Source: the human T2T-CHM13v2.0 reference genome, Homo sapiens | DNA length: 64,000 bases | Reading direction: 5' to 3' (one strand) | Assembly: GCF_009914755.1 (NCBI RefSeq) | Contig: NC_060925.1 | Part shown: positions 1 to 17,434 of the stretch, one piece after another | Numbering within the stretch: position 1 is the stretch's first letter | How the letters are laid out: every line of letters begins with the position of its first letter | Notes under the pieces: generated by a model | What the model saw: only the letters and a program-made list of their open reading frames with translations | Told to the model about the DNA's origin: nothing | Database searches by the model: none | Made by a program: the position numbers and the translations under genes

Positions 1-2963
<2,963 letters not shown>

Positions 2964-3026
2964 TATGATGTTCGCTGGTTATTTTGCTCGTTAGTTGATG
3001 CAGTTTCTTCCTAGCCTCGATGGTCT

Positions 3027-4043
3027 TTACAATTTGGCATGATTTTGCAGTGGCTGGTACCAGTTGTTCCTTTCCATGTTTAGTGCTTCCTTCAGGAGCT
3101 CTTTTAGGGCAGGCCTGGTTGTGACAAAATCTCTCAGCATTTGCTTGTCTGTAAAGGATTTTATTTCTCCTTCACTTATGAAGTTTAGTTTGGCTGGATA
3201 TGAAGTTCTGGGTTGATAATTCTTTTCTTTAAGAATGTTGAATATCGGCCCCCACTCTCTTCTGGCTTGTAGAGTTTCTGCCAAGAGATCCACTGTTAGT
3301 CTGATGGGCTTCCCTTTGTGGGTAACCCGACCTTTCTCTCTGGCTGCCCTTAACATTTTTTCCTTCATTTCAACTTTGGTGAATCTGACAATTATGTGTC
3401 TTGGAGTTGCTCTTCTCGAGGAGTATCTTTGTGGCATTCTCTGTATTTCCTGAATTTGAATGTTGGCCTGCCTTGCTAGGTTGGGGAAGTTCTGCTGGAT
3501 AATATCCTGCGGAGTGTTTTCCAACTTGGTTCCATTCTCCCCATCACTTTCAGGTACACCAATCAGATGTAGATTTGGTCTTTTCACATAGTCCCATATT
3601 TCTTGGAGGCTTTGTTCATTTCTTTTTATTCTTTTTTCTCTAAACTTCCCTTCTCGCTTCATTTCATTCATTTCATCTTCCATCACTGATACCCTTTCTT
3701 TCAGTTGATCGCATCGGCTCCTGAGGCTTCTGCATTCCTCACGTAGTTCTCGAGCCTTGGCTTTCAGCTCCATCAGCTCCTTTAAGCACTTCTCTGTATT
3801 GGTTATTCTAGTTATACATTCGTCTAAATTTTTTTCAAAGTTTTTAACTTCTTTGCCTTTGATTTGAATTTCTTCCTGTAGCTCGGAGTAGTTTGATCGT
3901 CTGAAGCCTTCTTCTCTCAACTCGTCAAAGTCATTCTCCATCCAGCTTTGTTCCGTTGCTGGTGAGGAACTGCGTTCCTTTGGAAGAGGAGAGGCGCTCT
4001 GCTTTTTAGAGTTTCCAGTTTTTCTGCTCTGTTCTTTCCCCCT
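3027..4043 (-). pseudogene. L1 ORF1p: full-length open frame (338 codons plus stop), initiator ATG mutated to AGG
   Basis: AGG GGG AAA GAA CAG AGC AGA... from 4043 reads without stops into the 304-aa ORF starting at Met35 (3941). Span is 1017 nt, and REKG and YPAKL motifs are present. Confidence 0.9.
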
Positions 4044-4627
4044 CTTTGTGGTTTTATCTTCTTTTGTTCTTTGATGATGGTGATGTACAGATGGGTTTTT
4101 GGTGTGGATGTCCTTTCTGTTTGTTAGTTTTCCTTCTAACAGACAGGACCCTCAGCTGCAAGTCTGTTGGAGTTTGCTAGAGGTCCACTCCCTACCCTGT
4201 TTGCCCGGGTACCAGCAGCGGTAGCTGCACAGCAGCGGATTTTCGTGAACCGTGAATGCTGCTGTCTGATCGTTCCTCTGGAAGTTTTTTCTCAGAGGAG
4301 TACCCGGTCATGTGAGGTGTCAGTCTGCCCCTACTGGGGGGTGCCTCCCAGTTAGGCTGCTCAGGGGTCAGGGGTCAGGGACCCACTTGAGGAGGCAGTC
4401 TGCCTGTTCTCAGATCTCCAGCTGCGTGCTGGGAGAACCCACTGCTCTCCTCAAAGCTGTCAGACAGGGACATTTAAGTCTGCAGAGGTTACTGCTGTCT
4501 TTTTGTTTGTCTGTGCCCCGCCCCCAGAGGTGGAGCCTACAGAGGCAGGCAGGCCTCCTTGAGCTGTGGTGGGCTCCACCCAGTTCGAGCTTCCCGGCTG
4601 CTTTGTTTACCTAAGCAAGCCTGGGCA

Positions 4628-4702
4628 ATGGCGGGCGCCCCTCCCCCAGCCTCACTGCCGCCTTGCAGTTTGATCTCAGACTGCTGTGCTAGCAATCAGT
4701 GA
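4628..4702 (+). pseudogene. L1 ORF0 (antisense 5'UTR ORF), truncated by CGA>TGA at codon 25
   Basis: ATG at 4628 gives MAGAPPPASLPPCSLISDCCASNQ*, matching the ORF0 N-terminus. The same frame continues as VGVGPSEPG... (ORF 4709-5200). Confidence 0.85.
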
Positions 4703-5081
4703 GACTCCGTGGGCGTAGGACCCTCCGAGCCAGGTGCGGCATATAATCTCCTGGTGCGCCGTTTTTTAAGCCCATCAGAAAAGCGCAGTATTCGGGTGGG
4801 AGTGACCCAATTTTCCAGGTGCCGTCTGTCACCCCTTTCTTTGACTAGGAAAGGGAACTCCCTGACCCCTTGCACTTCCCGAGTGAGGCAATGCCTCGCC
4901 CTGCTTCAGCTCGCACACGGTGCGCTGCACCCACTATCCTGCACCCACTGTCTGGCACTCCCTAGTGAGATGAACCCGGTACCTCAGATGGAAATGCAGA
5001 AATCACCCATCTTCTGCGTCGCTCACGCTGGGAACTGTAGACCGGAGCTGTTCCTATTCGGCCATCTCGGCTCCCACCTGT

Positions 5082-5692
<611 letters not shown>

Positions 5693-5739
5693 AATGGCTT
5701 CTTAAACTCAAGAAATAAGGTGGTATTTAAAGATAGACT

Positions 5740-6592
5740 GACCCTGTCAAAAAGTGGACAAAGGATATGAACAGATACTTCTCAAAAAAAGACAATTATG
5801 TGGCTAACAAGCATATGAAAAAAAGCTCAACATCGCTGATTATTAAAGAAATGCAAATCAAAATGACAGTGAGATATCATCTTAACGCCAGTCAGAATGG
5901 TGATTATTAAAAAGTCAAGAAACAATAGATGCTGGCAAGGCTGTGGAGAAACAGGAACGCTTTTACACTATTGGTGGGGTATAAATTAGTTCAATTAATG
6001 TGGAAGACAGTGTAGCAATTCCTTAAGGATCTTGAACCAGAAATACCATTTGATCCAGCAATCCCATTACTGGATATATACCCAAAGGAATATAAATCAT
6101 TCTACTATAAAGACACATGCACACGTATGTTTATTGCAGCACTATTTACAATAGCAAAGACAGGAACCAACCCAAATGCCCATCAATGATAGATTGCATA
6201 AGGAAAATGTGGTATATATACACTATGGAATACTATGCAGCCATAAAAAGGAATGAGATCATGTCCTTTGCAGGGACATAGATGAAGCTGGAAGCCATCA
6301 TCCTCAGTAAACTAACACAGAAACGGAAAACCAAACGCTGCATGTTCTTATAAGTGGGAGTTGAACAATGAGAACACATGGACACAGGGCCGTGAACAAC
6401 AAACACCAGGGCCAGTCGGGGGTTGGGGGACGAGGAGAGGGAGAGCATTAGGACAAATAACTAATGCATGTGGGGCTTAAAACCTAGATGACGGGTTGAT
6501 AGGTGTAGCAAACCACCATGGCACACTTATACCTATGTAACAAATCTACATATTCTGCACTTGCATCCTGGAACTTAAAGTAAAATTTAAAT
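5740..6592 (+). mobile_element. L1PA-family (older) 3' fragment: ORF2 end plus 3'UTR
   Basis: Typical L1 3' sequence, e.g. AAATGCAAATCAAA..., GGAATACTATGCAGCCATAAAAAGGAATGAG, ...GAACTTAAAGTAAAAT. Confidence 0.9.
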
Positions 6593-6828
6593 ATATATAT
6601 ATTTATATATATGATATATAAAATATATCATATATAAATATATATCATATTAAATATATATATGATATATAATATATATACACTATATATGATATATATA
6701 ATATATATGATATATGATATATAATATATATGATATATTATATATGATATATATAATATATATGAGATATATATAATATATATGATATATAAATATATAT
6801 GATATATATATAAATCTATATATATATC
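6590..6828. repeat. AT-rich degenerate (TA)n / (ATATATG)n microsatellite at the L1 tail
   Basis: Directly visible, ~240 nt almost entirely A/T. Confidence 0.95.
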
Positions 6829-7556
6829 AGGGGTGGAGGAGGATTTCTGGCTATAGGGGCTATAGGAACTTGACAGGATTCTTGCTGAATGCAGGCTGAG
6901 GTGATCAGGTAATCACCTGGAGAATGGTGGGGAATGAGGACTTAGATCATATATCAAGAGTGGGTGATTCTGGCTAAACCAACTTAGCAGGATTCCTGCT
7001 AAAGCTGGGCTCTGGAGGACATGCCAAGGATGAGGCCTACTGAAAAAAGAGCTCAGAGGAACCTGTCTAGAGTTTGGTTAAGGACAGCGTCTTTTTCAGT
7101 GTATGTATATATACATACATACAGATATATAAATAAAATTAATTTATTCAAAAAATATAATACAGTTTGTACAAGTAGTCAGTGGAGTTATTTGCTTCTG
7201 TACTAAATACCTACTGCAATGTGCCTAGCTTTGCATGGATACTTAGATATGACTCAGAGGGTATACTAACAATGATAATATAAATTATCAGGGTTTTTTT
7301 TTTAATGATTCACTTGAGCTTGAAGTCAAAATTCTTTGCTACTGAAATAAGTAGGATTTTAGACATTTATACATACATTTTAGAGAGGAGTTAGAAAAGG
7401 GAGAAGGTCTGTGTTAGAAATCTATCTTTTCAGCAGTTAATAGAGGTTTCCAAAATTCAAATTTAGTTGCTAAATTGTAGTTATTTTTGCCCCTCTAGCA
7501 AAAAAATTAACTTATTTGTTGATTTTAATATTTTTAACATGATTATGTTTTTCCAG

Positions 7557-8162
7557 GCGATGTTATTGTAGACATCAATGGCAACTGTGTCCTCGGTCAC
7601 ACTCATGCAGATGTTGTCCAGATGTTTCAATTGGTACCTGTCAATCAGTATGTAAACCTCACTTTATGTCGTGGTTATCCACTTCCTGATGACAGTGAAG
7701 ATCCTGTTGTGGACATTGTTGCTGCTACCCCTGTCATCAATGGACAGTCATTAACCAAGGGAGAGACTTGCATGAATCCTCAGGATTTTAAGCCAGGAGC
7801 AATGGTTCTGGAGCAGAATGGAAAATCGGGACACACTTTGACTGGTGATGGTCTCAATGGACCATCAGATGCAAGTGAGCAGAGAGTATCCATGGCATCG
7901 TCAGGCAGCTCCCAGCCTGAACTAGTGACTATCCCTTTGATTAAGGGCCCTAAAGGGTTTGGGTTTGCAATTGCTGACAGCCCTACTGGACAGAAGGTGA
8001 AAATGATACTGGATAGTCAGTGGTGTCAAGGCCTTCAGAAAGGAGATATAATTAAGGAAATATACCATCAAAATGTGCAGAATTTAACACATCTCCAAGT
8101 GGTAGAGGTGCTAAAGCAGTTTCCAGTAGGTGCTGATGTACCATTGCTTATCTTAAGAGGAG
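7557..8162 (+). CDS. MAGI3: MAGI3 large internal exon (606 nt, recalled as exon 10): end of one PDZ domain plus a complete following PDZ
   Basis: ttccag|GC GAT GTT ATT GTA GAC ... AGA GGA G|gtaagt; [28 protein letters not shown]...[24 protein letters not shown]; phase 1-1. Confidence 0.96.
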
Positions 8163-8870
8163 GTAAGTAAAAGCACAACATAGAAAAAGTTTCAGTGTTC
8201 AAGCGTTTATATCTACTGATTGTCTTTCCTTACAGTTTAGAATGTGTTTTCCCAGCAGACTTAACTAGTAATTAGTGTGCATTTTCCTTAAGGTTCTGTC
8301 TGATTGTTTCCATAAGCAGTGTCTTTTTCAGCAGTTTTTAAAAAATTATTAGTGATTTCATTCATGTCCATTATGGATTTATTTCCCTCTGTATTCTTTT
8401 GAAAATCTGATTCATGGCTTTAATGATTAGAGAGAGTCACAGCATTGTGATACTTCAAATGAAATACATCCTCTTAATTTCATTTCTCTGTTGATGACAG
8501 TAATAGAAATTGACTCTTTCAACCAATGGTGTGTCATCTGGACCTCTGTAATGCACCAAAGATGTTTTGAAAGAGCTAGCATCTCTGTGGATAAGTAAAA
8601 TGTTGGATGGTGTGTTAATCTGTTCTGCAGAGGCAATCATGATAGCATGTGCTCATAAAGTTTTCATCTTAAGCTCTAGTATCTGACTGTAAATGTTAAT
8701 TAAACCACACAGTGCTTATGTGAGAGAAATATAATTTTTATTTTCCAAGGTCATCAGCTGACATGAACTCCTCCCAGACATTTACAAATTCAGTTCCAAG
8801 GAATAATCACAAAGTTGAATTTTAATATGCTTTCTTAAATCCATACTTATAAGTGACTAGTATCTTAAAG

Positions 8871-8876
8871 AATAAA
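8871..8876 (+). terminator. Candidate intronic polyadenylation signal downstream of the 606-nt exon
   Basis: AATAAA followed by a U-rich tract (ctttttatctctct...). There is also an ATTAAA at 8699-8704. Confidence 0.5.
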
Positions 8877-9388
8877 AGACACTTACTCTTTTATCTCTCT
8901 GGATTTTACTTTTCACTATTGAGGCAAACGAGCACTTCAGCTTCTTTGGGAGTTGTTTCTTATTCTCGTTTCTTTGATTCACATGGGTTTCTTCTCTGAG
9001 TGATGGTGGAATGTGCTCCAAGTAAGGTAGAAATCTCTTTGTGAGTGCTTGAGAGTAATCCAGGGCTTCAACAAGTATAACAAAGACACCAAAGTTCAAT
9101 GTCACACAGGTTTGATGTCAGTTTCCTGCCTTGCCACTTACTGGTTCTTTGGTATAGGAAACAATCTTAGTTTACCTTCTCTGTAAGATGGTCATAACAT
9201 TTGTGCCTTCAGATTGTTATAAAAATGAAATGAGATAATATATGTATAATGCCTGGTACATAGGAGGTTAGACACAGAATTTACTAGCGTACTAAAAGTT
9301 GAAGCTAGTTTTATCGTAAACATTAGCAGTATTTGTGATCTGGGAATGCATCCTCTGGTTTTAAACTTTGGTTCATTTTTTTTTTAAG

Positions 9389-9420
9389 GTCCTCCTTCAC
9401 CAACCAAAACTGCCAAAATG
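9389..9420 (+). CDS. MAGI3: MAGI3 32-nt exon (GPPSPTKTAKM)
   Basis: tttttaag|GT CCT CCT TCA...AAA ATG|gtgagt; phase 1 in, phase 0 out, which fits both neighbours. Confidence 0.9.
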
Positions 9421-9894
9421 GTGAGTATACACTGGTCCTCAAATCTTTTCCCCAACACACTGAGAGAGATGCCACATTCCCCTCTGTAAGAGGAGCTCAC
9501 TGTGGTGATGATTATCGACTGGGAGAAGTTAGGAGGCATGCTGCCCTTGGCTTGTATTTATTAGAAACTAGGGAAGCGTTTGAAAAAGCCCCCTAGTGAG
9601 GAGATGTGCTCCACTGGTTAAGTATTGCAACTGGAGGATTACTAAAGGCCTATTGTACCAATAATCCTGTTCTCTAAGTTATAAAATGTGAACACATTAA
9701 AGAACCAACCTAGAGGTCTTTTTACTTTTGTGTTTCAGAGAAACAAGGTAGGAAGGACCTAAATGTTAAGACAGATGATAAACTATTACATCGTCTTGCC
9801 CCTGCCTGAAGAGAAGACGTACTAGTTCACATAATTTTGTGGGGACTATAAATATGCATGCACCTTTAGATAATCTTCTTACTTTTAAGACTAA

Positions 9895-10226
<332 letters not shown>

Positions 10227-10668
10227 GACTAAACAAGACTTTCTAGAGTGATTGTGGCCTTCTATGCTAAATTTGCTTGTTGTCAAAGTGAAAGACCTGA
10301 AACAGTGTCTTCTTTGGCATTCTTCTAAATAATCACGTAGCCTGTTTAAGGACCTGTGCAGAGAATAAGAACTTTAAAAAGGAGTGCATCAAATACTGCT
10401 GTTGTGGAAGAAACTCTACAAGGTGCACATTTGTAGCTATTTAAATATCCACAATGTTTTGGATATAAAGACAATTTTATTTAAAATTCTAATTTAGTTC
10501 TAGTTTGCTCCTTTGGAGTCTTTTATCTCAAAATCAAAAGATGGCCTTCCATAACCATAAACTATAGACAATTATATTAAATGAATTAGTTCTTTCTAGC
10601 CCACCAAGTAGGAATCCTCTGCAAATTTGCTGTTTTATAGATGAAAAAGAATCCCTCAGCTTCTGGCC

Positions 10669-10968
10669 TTTTTTTTTTTTTTTTTTTGAGACAGAGTCTC
10701 ACTCCATCACCCAGGCTGGAATGCAGTGGTGTGATTTTGGCTCACTGCAGCCTCTGCCGCCTAGGTTCAAGCAATTCTTGTGCCTTAGCCTCCCAGTAGC
10801 TGGAATTACAGGTGCACGCCACCACACGCAGCTAATTTTTATATTTTTGGTAGAGATGGAGTTTCACTACATTGGCTAGGCTGGTCTCAAATTCCTGACC
10901 TCAGGTGATCTGCCCACCTCGGCCTCCCAAAGTGCTGGGATTACAGGCATGAGCCACTGCGCCCGGCC
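10669..10968 (-). mobile_element. Alu (AluS-type)
   Basis: Full dimer; TSD AGCTTCTG(G/C)CCT. Confidence 0.92.
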
Positions 10969-12130
10969 AGCTTCTGCCCTTTTCATTGACTGCTTATACT
11001 ACTTGGGTCCAGTGTGAACAGAAATTGTTTTTGTCCATTCAGTTCAAATTGCACTGTATTCTACATTTCTCTGGTTCCTCTAGTAATCATTTTTAACTCC
11101 TGTGCCACCATATTTATTTCATAATGGATGCCACTGCAGTCGCAGTGGCCCTAATGCTTTATAATTGATGGAAGGGTCTGATGAACTTTAACCGCCTCTG
11201 ACAGAATGCTAAGATGTATGGGGAAGGGTAGGAGACTACTGTTAGCTTCTCTGCCTTCTCATTGGGTCTGGGTGATTGAAGGGTCCCCTCTAGCACGACA
11301 CTTTGTAGTGGCTGACCCCTGATTACTCCCTGACAGACTGGTGCCCCTGCATTCTAGTCATTGTTAATGATCACAAACATCCATAATCTCCCTCTCCTAA
11401 CAATAATCCAGGAAAACGAGCTGGTCTCAAAACCATATTTCTTAGGCCATTTATTGGATTTCATTGTTAACATTTTATTAAATAAGTCATTTTGCTTGGC
11501 TGTTATCTTGGGAAAGTTCTAGCTGAATAGGAAAAATATCAAAATATGCTACTATGCTTTCCCTTATCTAATTGTCTTGCATGGTACATTTTCTCTTAAT
11601 ATATGTGAATTGGCCAGACAGGGTTTTCACAGTGCCATCTTTATAACCTAAATTAGAGTTAACCTCTCCTGTTTTCTTAGAAAGAGTATTATCTTAAACA
11701 TCTTCCTTAGAAATTAAACTCAGTGAATGGGAGGTGGGCCGTGCTAAGAATTTTATGAAGATATTCTCTGAATCTCCCTCTTACTTTACTTAGAAGTGCT
11801 GCCTTGTATTGTATTTCTATTTATCTTCATCTCAAAGTCAATTTGTGTCTTGGTGGTGGAGAAAAGGGCAAAATTGTTTAAACATAGGACTAACTAAGGC
11901 TCTTCAGTTGATATTACTATAAACTTTTTTCTAATTTAAGTTAAATATGTTTCAACCAAATACACATTGCTATGAAAATGAATTCCTGTAACTGTAAATC
12001 TGCTGTGTCTTTGATCCTGCCACCTATACAACTATAATCAGTTGACATATCCATTTCAGATATCAGTTTTATGAATTAATCAACCATCTGCTTTTTAAAA
12101 AATACTAAGTAAGGCTCTTTTCCATTTCAG

Positions 12131-12287
12131 AAAACAGATAAAAAGGAAAATGCAGGAAGTTTGGAGGCCATAAATGAGCCTATTCCTCAGCCTATGCCTT
12201 TTCCACCGAGCATTATCAGGTCAGGATCCCCAAAATTGGATCCTTCTGAGGTCTACCTGAAATCTAAGACTTTATATGAAGATAAAC
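12131..12287 (+). CDS. MAGI3: MAGI3 exon (157 nt; [52 protein letters not shown])
   Basis: ccatttcag|AAA ACA GAT ... GAT AAA C|gtaagt; phase 0-1. Confidence 0.92.
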
Positions 12288-13563
12288 GTAAGTAGTTGTG
12301 GAATATTTCAGGAGAGCATATAACAAGATAAATTTGGATTTATTTTAGACTAGGACCTTCCCATCTTTCAGAAGCATATTGAAAAGTTATTCCTTCATTA
12401 CCATTTTAATAGAACTCTGGACTTCTTCCATGTATATTCGACATTCACACATTCATTTTTTTCAAAATCATGCTTTAAGTGCTAGTTATCTACCAGATGC
12501 CATACTAGGTAACCAGAATACAGAGATAAATAGGTTACATAGGACCTGCACCCAAAAATATTATTAGAACTAAATGGAAAAAGACAAATATGTAATCAAA
12601 TAGTATACAAATAAGTACACATAATAAGCCTAACAGGTACAGTGATAGAAAGATGAAATGGATAAATTGGGATCCAAAGAAGGAATATTCAGTTTTATCA
12701 GTGTGGGCAGTAGGAAGTGTCAGGAAAAGCTTCATACTGGAAGCAAAGCTTTAACTAAGTCATCAGGGATGAAAAAGTGTCTTTGAGGAAGATAAAAGGG
12801 AAAGATAGAAGGAATAGCACATGCACACTGGCCTTGCATGACTTGGGCTCTGCAAGTAGTTCACTTTCGCTGGGTGCAATTGGCAAGGAAAGTCACAGAG
12901 GAGAGCAGGAACAGATTGAGGAAGGCCAATGATGCCCTTCCAAGGGAGCTGGAGTTGGTCATATAAATAACAGAGAACCACAGAATGCCTTTAACTATAA
13001 GGAAGGCATAGTTTTGTGTTTTAGAAAGGTTTTTCTGGCAGGAGTATGAAGGATGAATCAGAGGTGTATGCAATTTGAGGGAGGGTGTGCAATTTGAAGA
13101 AGAAACTAAAGAGTTGACTCCTTACAGGAGTCCAGCTGAGAGATAAAAAGAGAGACTGCATAAGGCAGAAATTCATGCATGTTCCTACTAATTCACTTAC
13201 TAATGATAAATCTTTTCCAAAGTAAAATTGCAGATTTGAGTAGGTATAATTTTTTAAAATTTATTTGTTCTTAGAAAGAGATGTAAATCTACCTTGGAAA
13301 AGATATGTACAAGTGGAATATATGTATAGTTGACTTAATGCTTATTTAACTAGTTGCAGAAGTACATCTTGATAATCCCAAGCCATATTCAGAAAGATGA
13401 AAACCAGTTGTACGCCCAGCAAAGCAATAATTTAAATTAGCATAACAATGTAGAATCCCTTTCTTCATACTTTCCATTCATAGCCTGATACATTATTAAT
13501 ACTGGTATAAACTCTGCAGTCCCATCAGGCTTCACCCATAAAATAAGTGAGTTGAACTGATGA

Positions 13564-13830
<267 letters not shown>

Positions 13831-14053
13831 GACTCTTTTAATCTCTAAAGTTCTACAATTTTAATAGGAAGTATATATCAAAAGATACTGCTTCTATAGA
13901 ATATTATCAGGAATTTACTAATCTCACTTTTTACATAGTTCCCTGACATGTTTATTTCTTCTCTCTTTACAGTAAATACTTCTTACCTATAAATAACATT
14001 AATATTTTCCCAAAGGAAAAATTTTAGTCATGAAATAGATTTTTGTGACTTAA

Positions 14054-14170
<117 letters not shown>

Positions 14171-14880
14171 TAATATTCTAAGGAATACAACCTATCCTTT
14201 GAGGGTAGGACAGTATGAGTTAGGAGATTAGACCCTGGAAATCAACCTGGATTTAAATCTTAGCTTCACCACTTGCTATGTGACAATGGCCAACTTACTT
14301 ACACCCTCAGTTTTCCCACCTAGAAAATGGGGCTAATAATAAATGTTAGCTCTTAATTATTTTCCTTTAAAATGCTATCATTTTGCAAAACTAGGCTAGG
14401 TAAGTAGTTCATATGGAATACTTTTCTGAGAGAAAGGTATTAGCTTGAGAGCAGGAATAAGGTATTTTACAGGCACTCTATACAGCAGTGCCTGTACAGA
14501 TTTAATGTACCTTACCCAAGTGTTAACTTAGGTCATTTGCACCTGTCAAATATCAAACTCAAGTTTGATCATTCTGAATTCAACATTGTTATATTGATTG
14601 GACAGCATTAGAAGTTAATGGCAGTGTAATACTGAGTATATGGAAGTGAGAGTAAATGTTTCTAAACAATCTTCATACAGTTTTGTTTAGAGCTCAAAAC
14701 GAGGATTTATAGTTGAATTGTGTGTGTGTGTTACACTCTTGTGCAAATTTTCCATATTAAAAAGTTCTGAGATTATAGTTTATTGAGTTACTCTATAATA
14801 TCCTACTAAATACTGAACTTTGTTTTGTTTTAATCCTTTTAAAATAAATCATAGTATTTATATTTTCTGATTTTCCTCAG

Positions 14881-14972
14881 CACCAAACACCAAAGATTTG
14901 GATGTTTTTCTTCGAAAACAAGAGTCAGGGTTTGGCTTCAGGGTGCTAGGAGGAGATGGACCTGACCAGTCT
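14881..14972 (+). CDS. MAGI3: MAGI3 exon (92 nt), PDZ N-terminal half ([18 protein letters not shown])
   Basis: ttttcctcag|CA CCA AAC ... CAG TCT|gtaagt; GFGF carboxylate-binding loop; phase 1-0. Confidence 0.94.
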
Positions 14973-16615
14973 GTAAGTGTCACTTCTTTGGAACATGGCT
15001 GTTTCCTGTTCAAACGTTTTGAGTGGTGATTTGGTGGATTATGGTGTGTTTTAAGTTTTTTTTTCTCTGACAGTTTCATTAATATGAAGAATAACTGCAT
15101 TTCCATTATTATCATAGTCCCTCAGTTATTGTGGTGTAGCTGAGGCTAAAAACTGTGGGTAAAAACTGAATATGTCAGCTGCAAATTAGACAGTGATTAA
15201 TTTATTTACTTCTCTGTGTGAATAACTACATAAAGCTTATTTTAAGTTTATATTTTCCTTTGCCCTCATTAAACAGAGTCTAAGACATTTTCCTTCTCTA
15301 AGAAGCCTATAATCCCATGTCCTCTTTCCCACTATTACTCTATCTTCTGGATGCTCCATAAATGGTTGGCATGAGCCTGTGCATATTGTTTCACCTCGTC
15401 TTATTAATAGGTTGGCATTTTCATGCTCAGTACTTTGCATGTCATTTCATCTGTTACCTTTGAAACTAGAGGAATATAAAATAATTAATATTTTTGTCCA
15501 GAGGCATAAGGGTTATATTTGCAAAGCATTTGAAGTCTAGGATTTTGTTTACACATGATTCTCACATAAACTTGTTTTAGAGAACAAATGTAGTGGGTTT
15601 TGTTTCTAAGTTTTGCTCTTGGTTTGAATAACAAAGAAGTAATGTGTTCTGTAGCATTTTTAAGAACATATTTGCATTTTATTTTATATAATATCAATAT
15701 ATTATATATCAAAAAATATGGTTGGAAGTTAGGTGAAGAACAATAATCTTTAAAAATTACAGGCTTCTTATTTCTGAATAGAACATTTGATTTATGTAGT
15801 ATAAATTTGTTCTAATTGGTCATATTGGTTACAGTTACAACAGTCATTGGAGACACATAAAGCTTAAGGCAGGTTGCCCTATGTAGAACAAATACTAGAT
15901 ACTTTAATTGTTCTTGGTATTTGTATTTTTGTTTTATTGCTTCCTATTTTGTTGATACTCATAATGTTCACTTAGACATTTTAAGAATTTGTCTCAAACA
16001 ACTTAGAAGAAACCTTTCTTTTCTCTTAAATGTCAGATTTTAGCAGCTCTGAAACTAGCCTAAACATTCAGGATTGCCTAATTACAGGATTCTAATGCTG
16101 GTGAGCAAAATGAACCAGATTTGTTCACCTAGATGCAAGTGAAGCTTCAGGCCACTCTGTTCCCGCTGAGATTTAGAAACAAGAAATGTCTCTGTGCTGT
16201 GTATATTGAACTTGTACCGTTAGTCATATGTGATGGGAGTACTGTTGAGAATGATCCCAGTTGCTGTGAACAGTATGTAGAAAATCTTGCCTGATGACAT
16301 TGAACAGACTTTTAATAGCTACTCTGCAGATTTATATTTTCTGAGTTTAGTGTTTTGTTTCATTGTAATGATAGGGATAATGGTTGTGCTTTTTGAGTTA
16401 TCGAACAACTTTGTATTTTCTATTTTCTTTGTACACAGCCCTGAGGATCTATAAGGGATTACATAATACAATGTGGTTATTTGAAGTGCCATTTTGGAGA
16501 ATGGGCACTTTCTCAGATAATACCTTTCTAAAATATAACTGTTTTCATAGTTGAACTGCAAAAATCTGTTGGTTTGCACAATGCTAAGTTAGGAATTCCT
16601 TAACTCTTCAGCTAA

Positions 16616-16855
<240 letters not shown>

Positions 16856-17132
16856 TGAACTTGTTCCTGCTCTGAAAAGTTAAAAAAGAAACAAAGATAC
16901 TAGTCTACTTCCTGTGTAGTTTTGCAGGTTATTTTATTACATTCAGTAGTATCTAAGATAACCCATTTGGTGTGATCCAGGGCCTCACTGTGGAAGGCTA
17001 TGCAAACACAAAAGGATTCAGAAATAATACTACTATAAAAAAATAAATTTTGGGCTTCTATATTAAGATTATTTTCATATATTGATGCATTTTGCAAATG
17101 TATTATAGGTGGGAGTATTGATTTAAATCCGG

Positions 17133-17434
<302 letters not shown>

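Noticed and set aside
6590-6828. Periodic AT-rich array resembling a repeat-spacer structure
   Set aside because: It is a simple degenerate (TA)n expansion of an L1 tail with no unique spacers, so not CRISPR-like.
6829-7090. LTR-like sequence with repeated GGATTC(T/C)TGCT
   Set aside because: Probably an old ERV LTR fragment, but I cannot assign the family or boundaries without Dfam.
14468-14496. Small hairpin TACAGGCACT...AGTGCCTGTA (a similar one at 42481-42514)
   Set aside because: 10-bp stems are expected by chance in 64 kb, and there is no other support.
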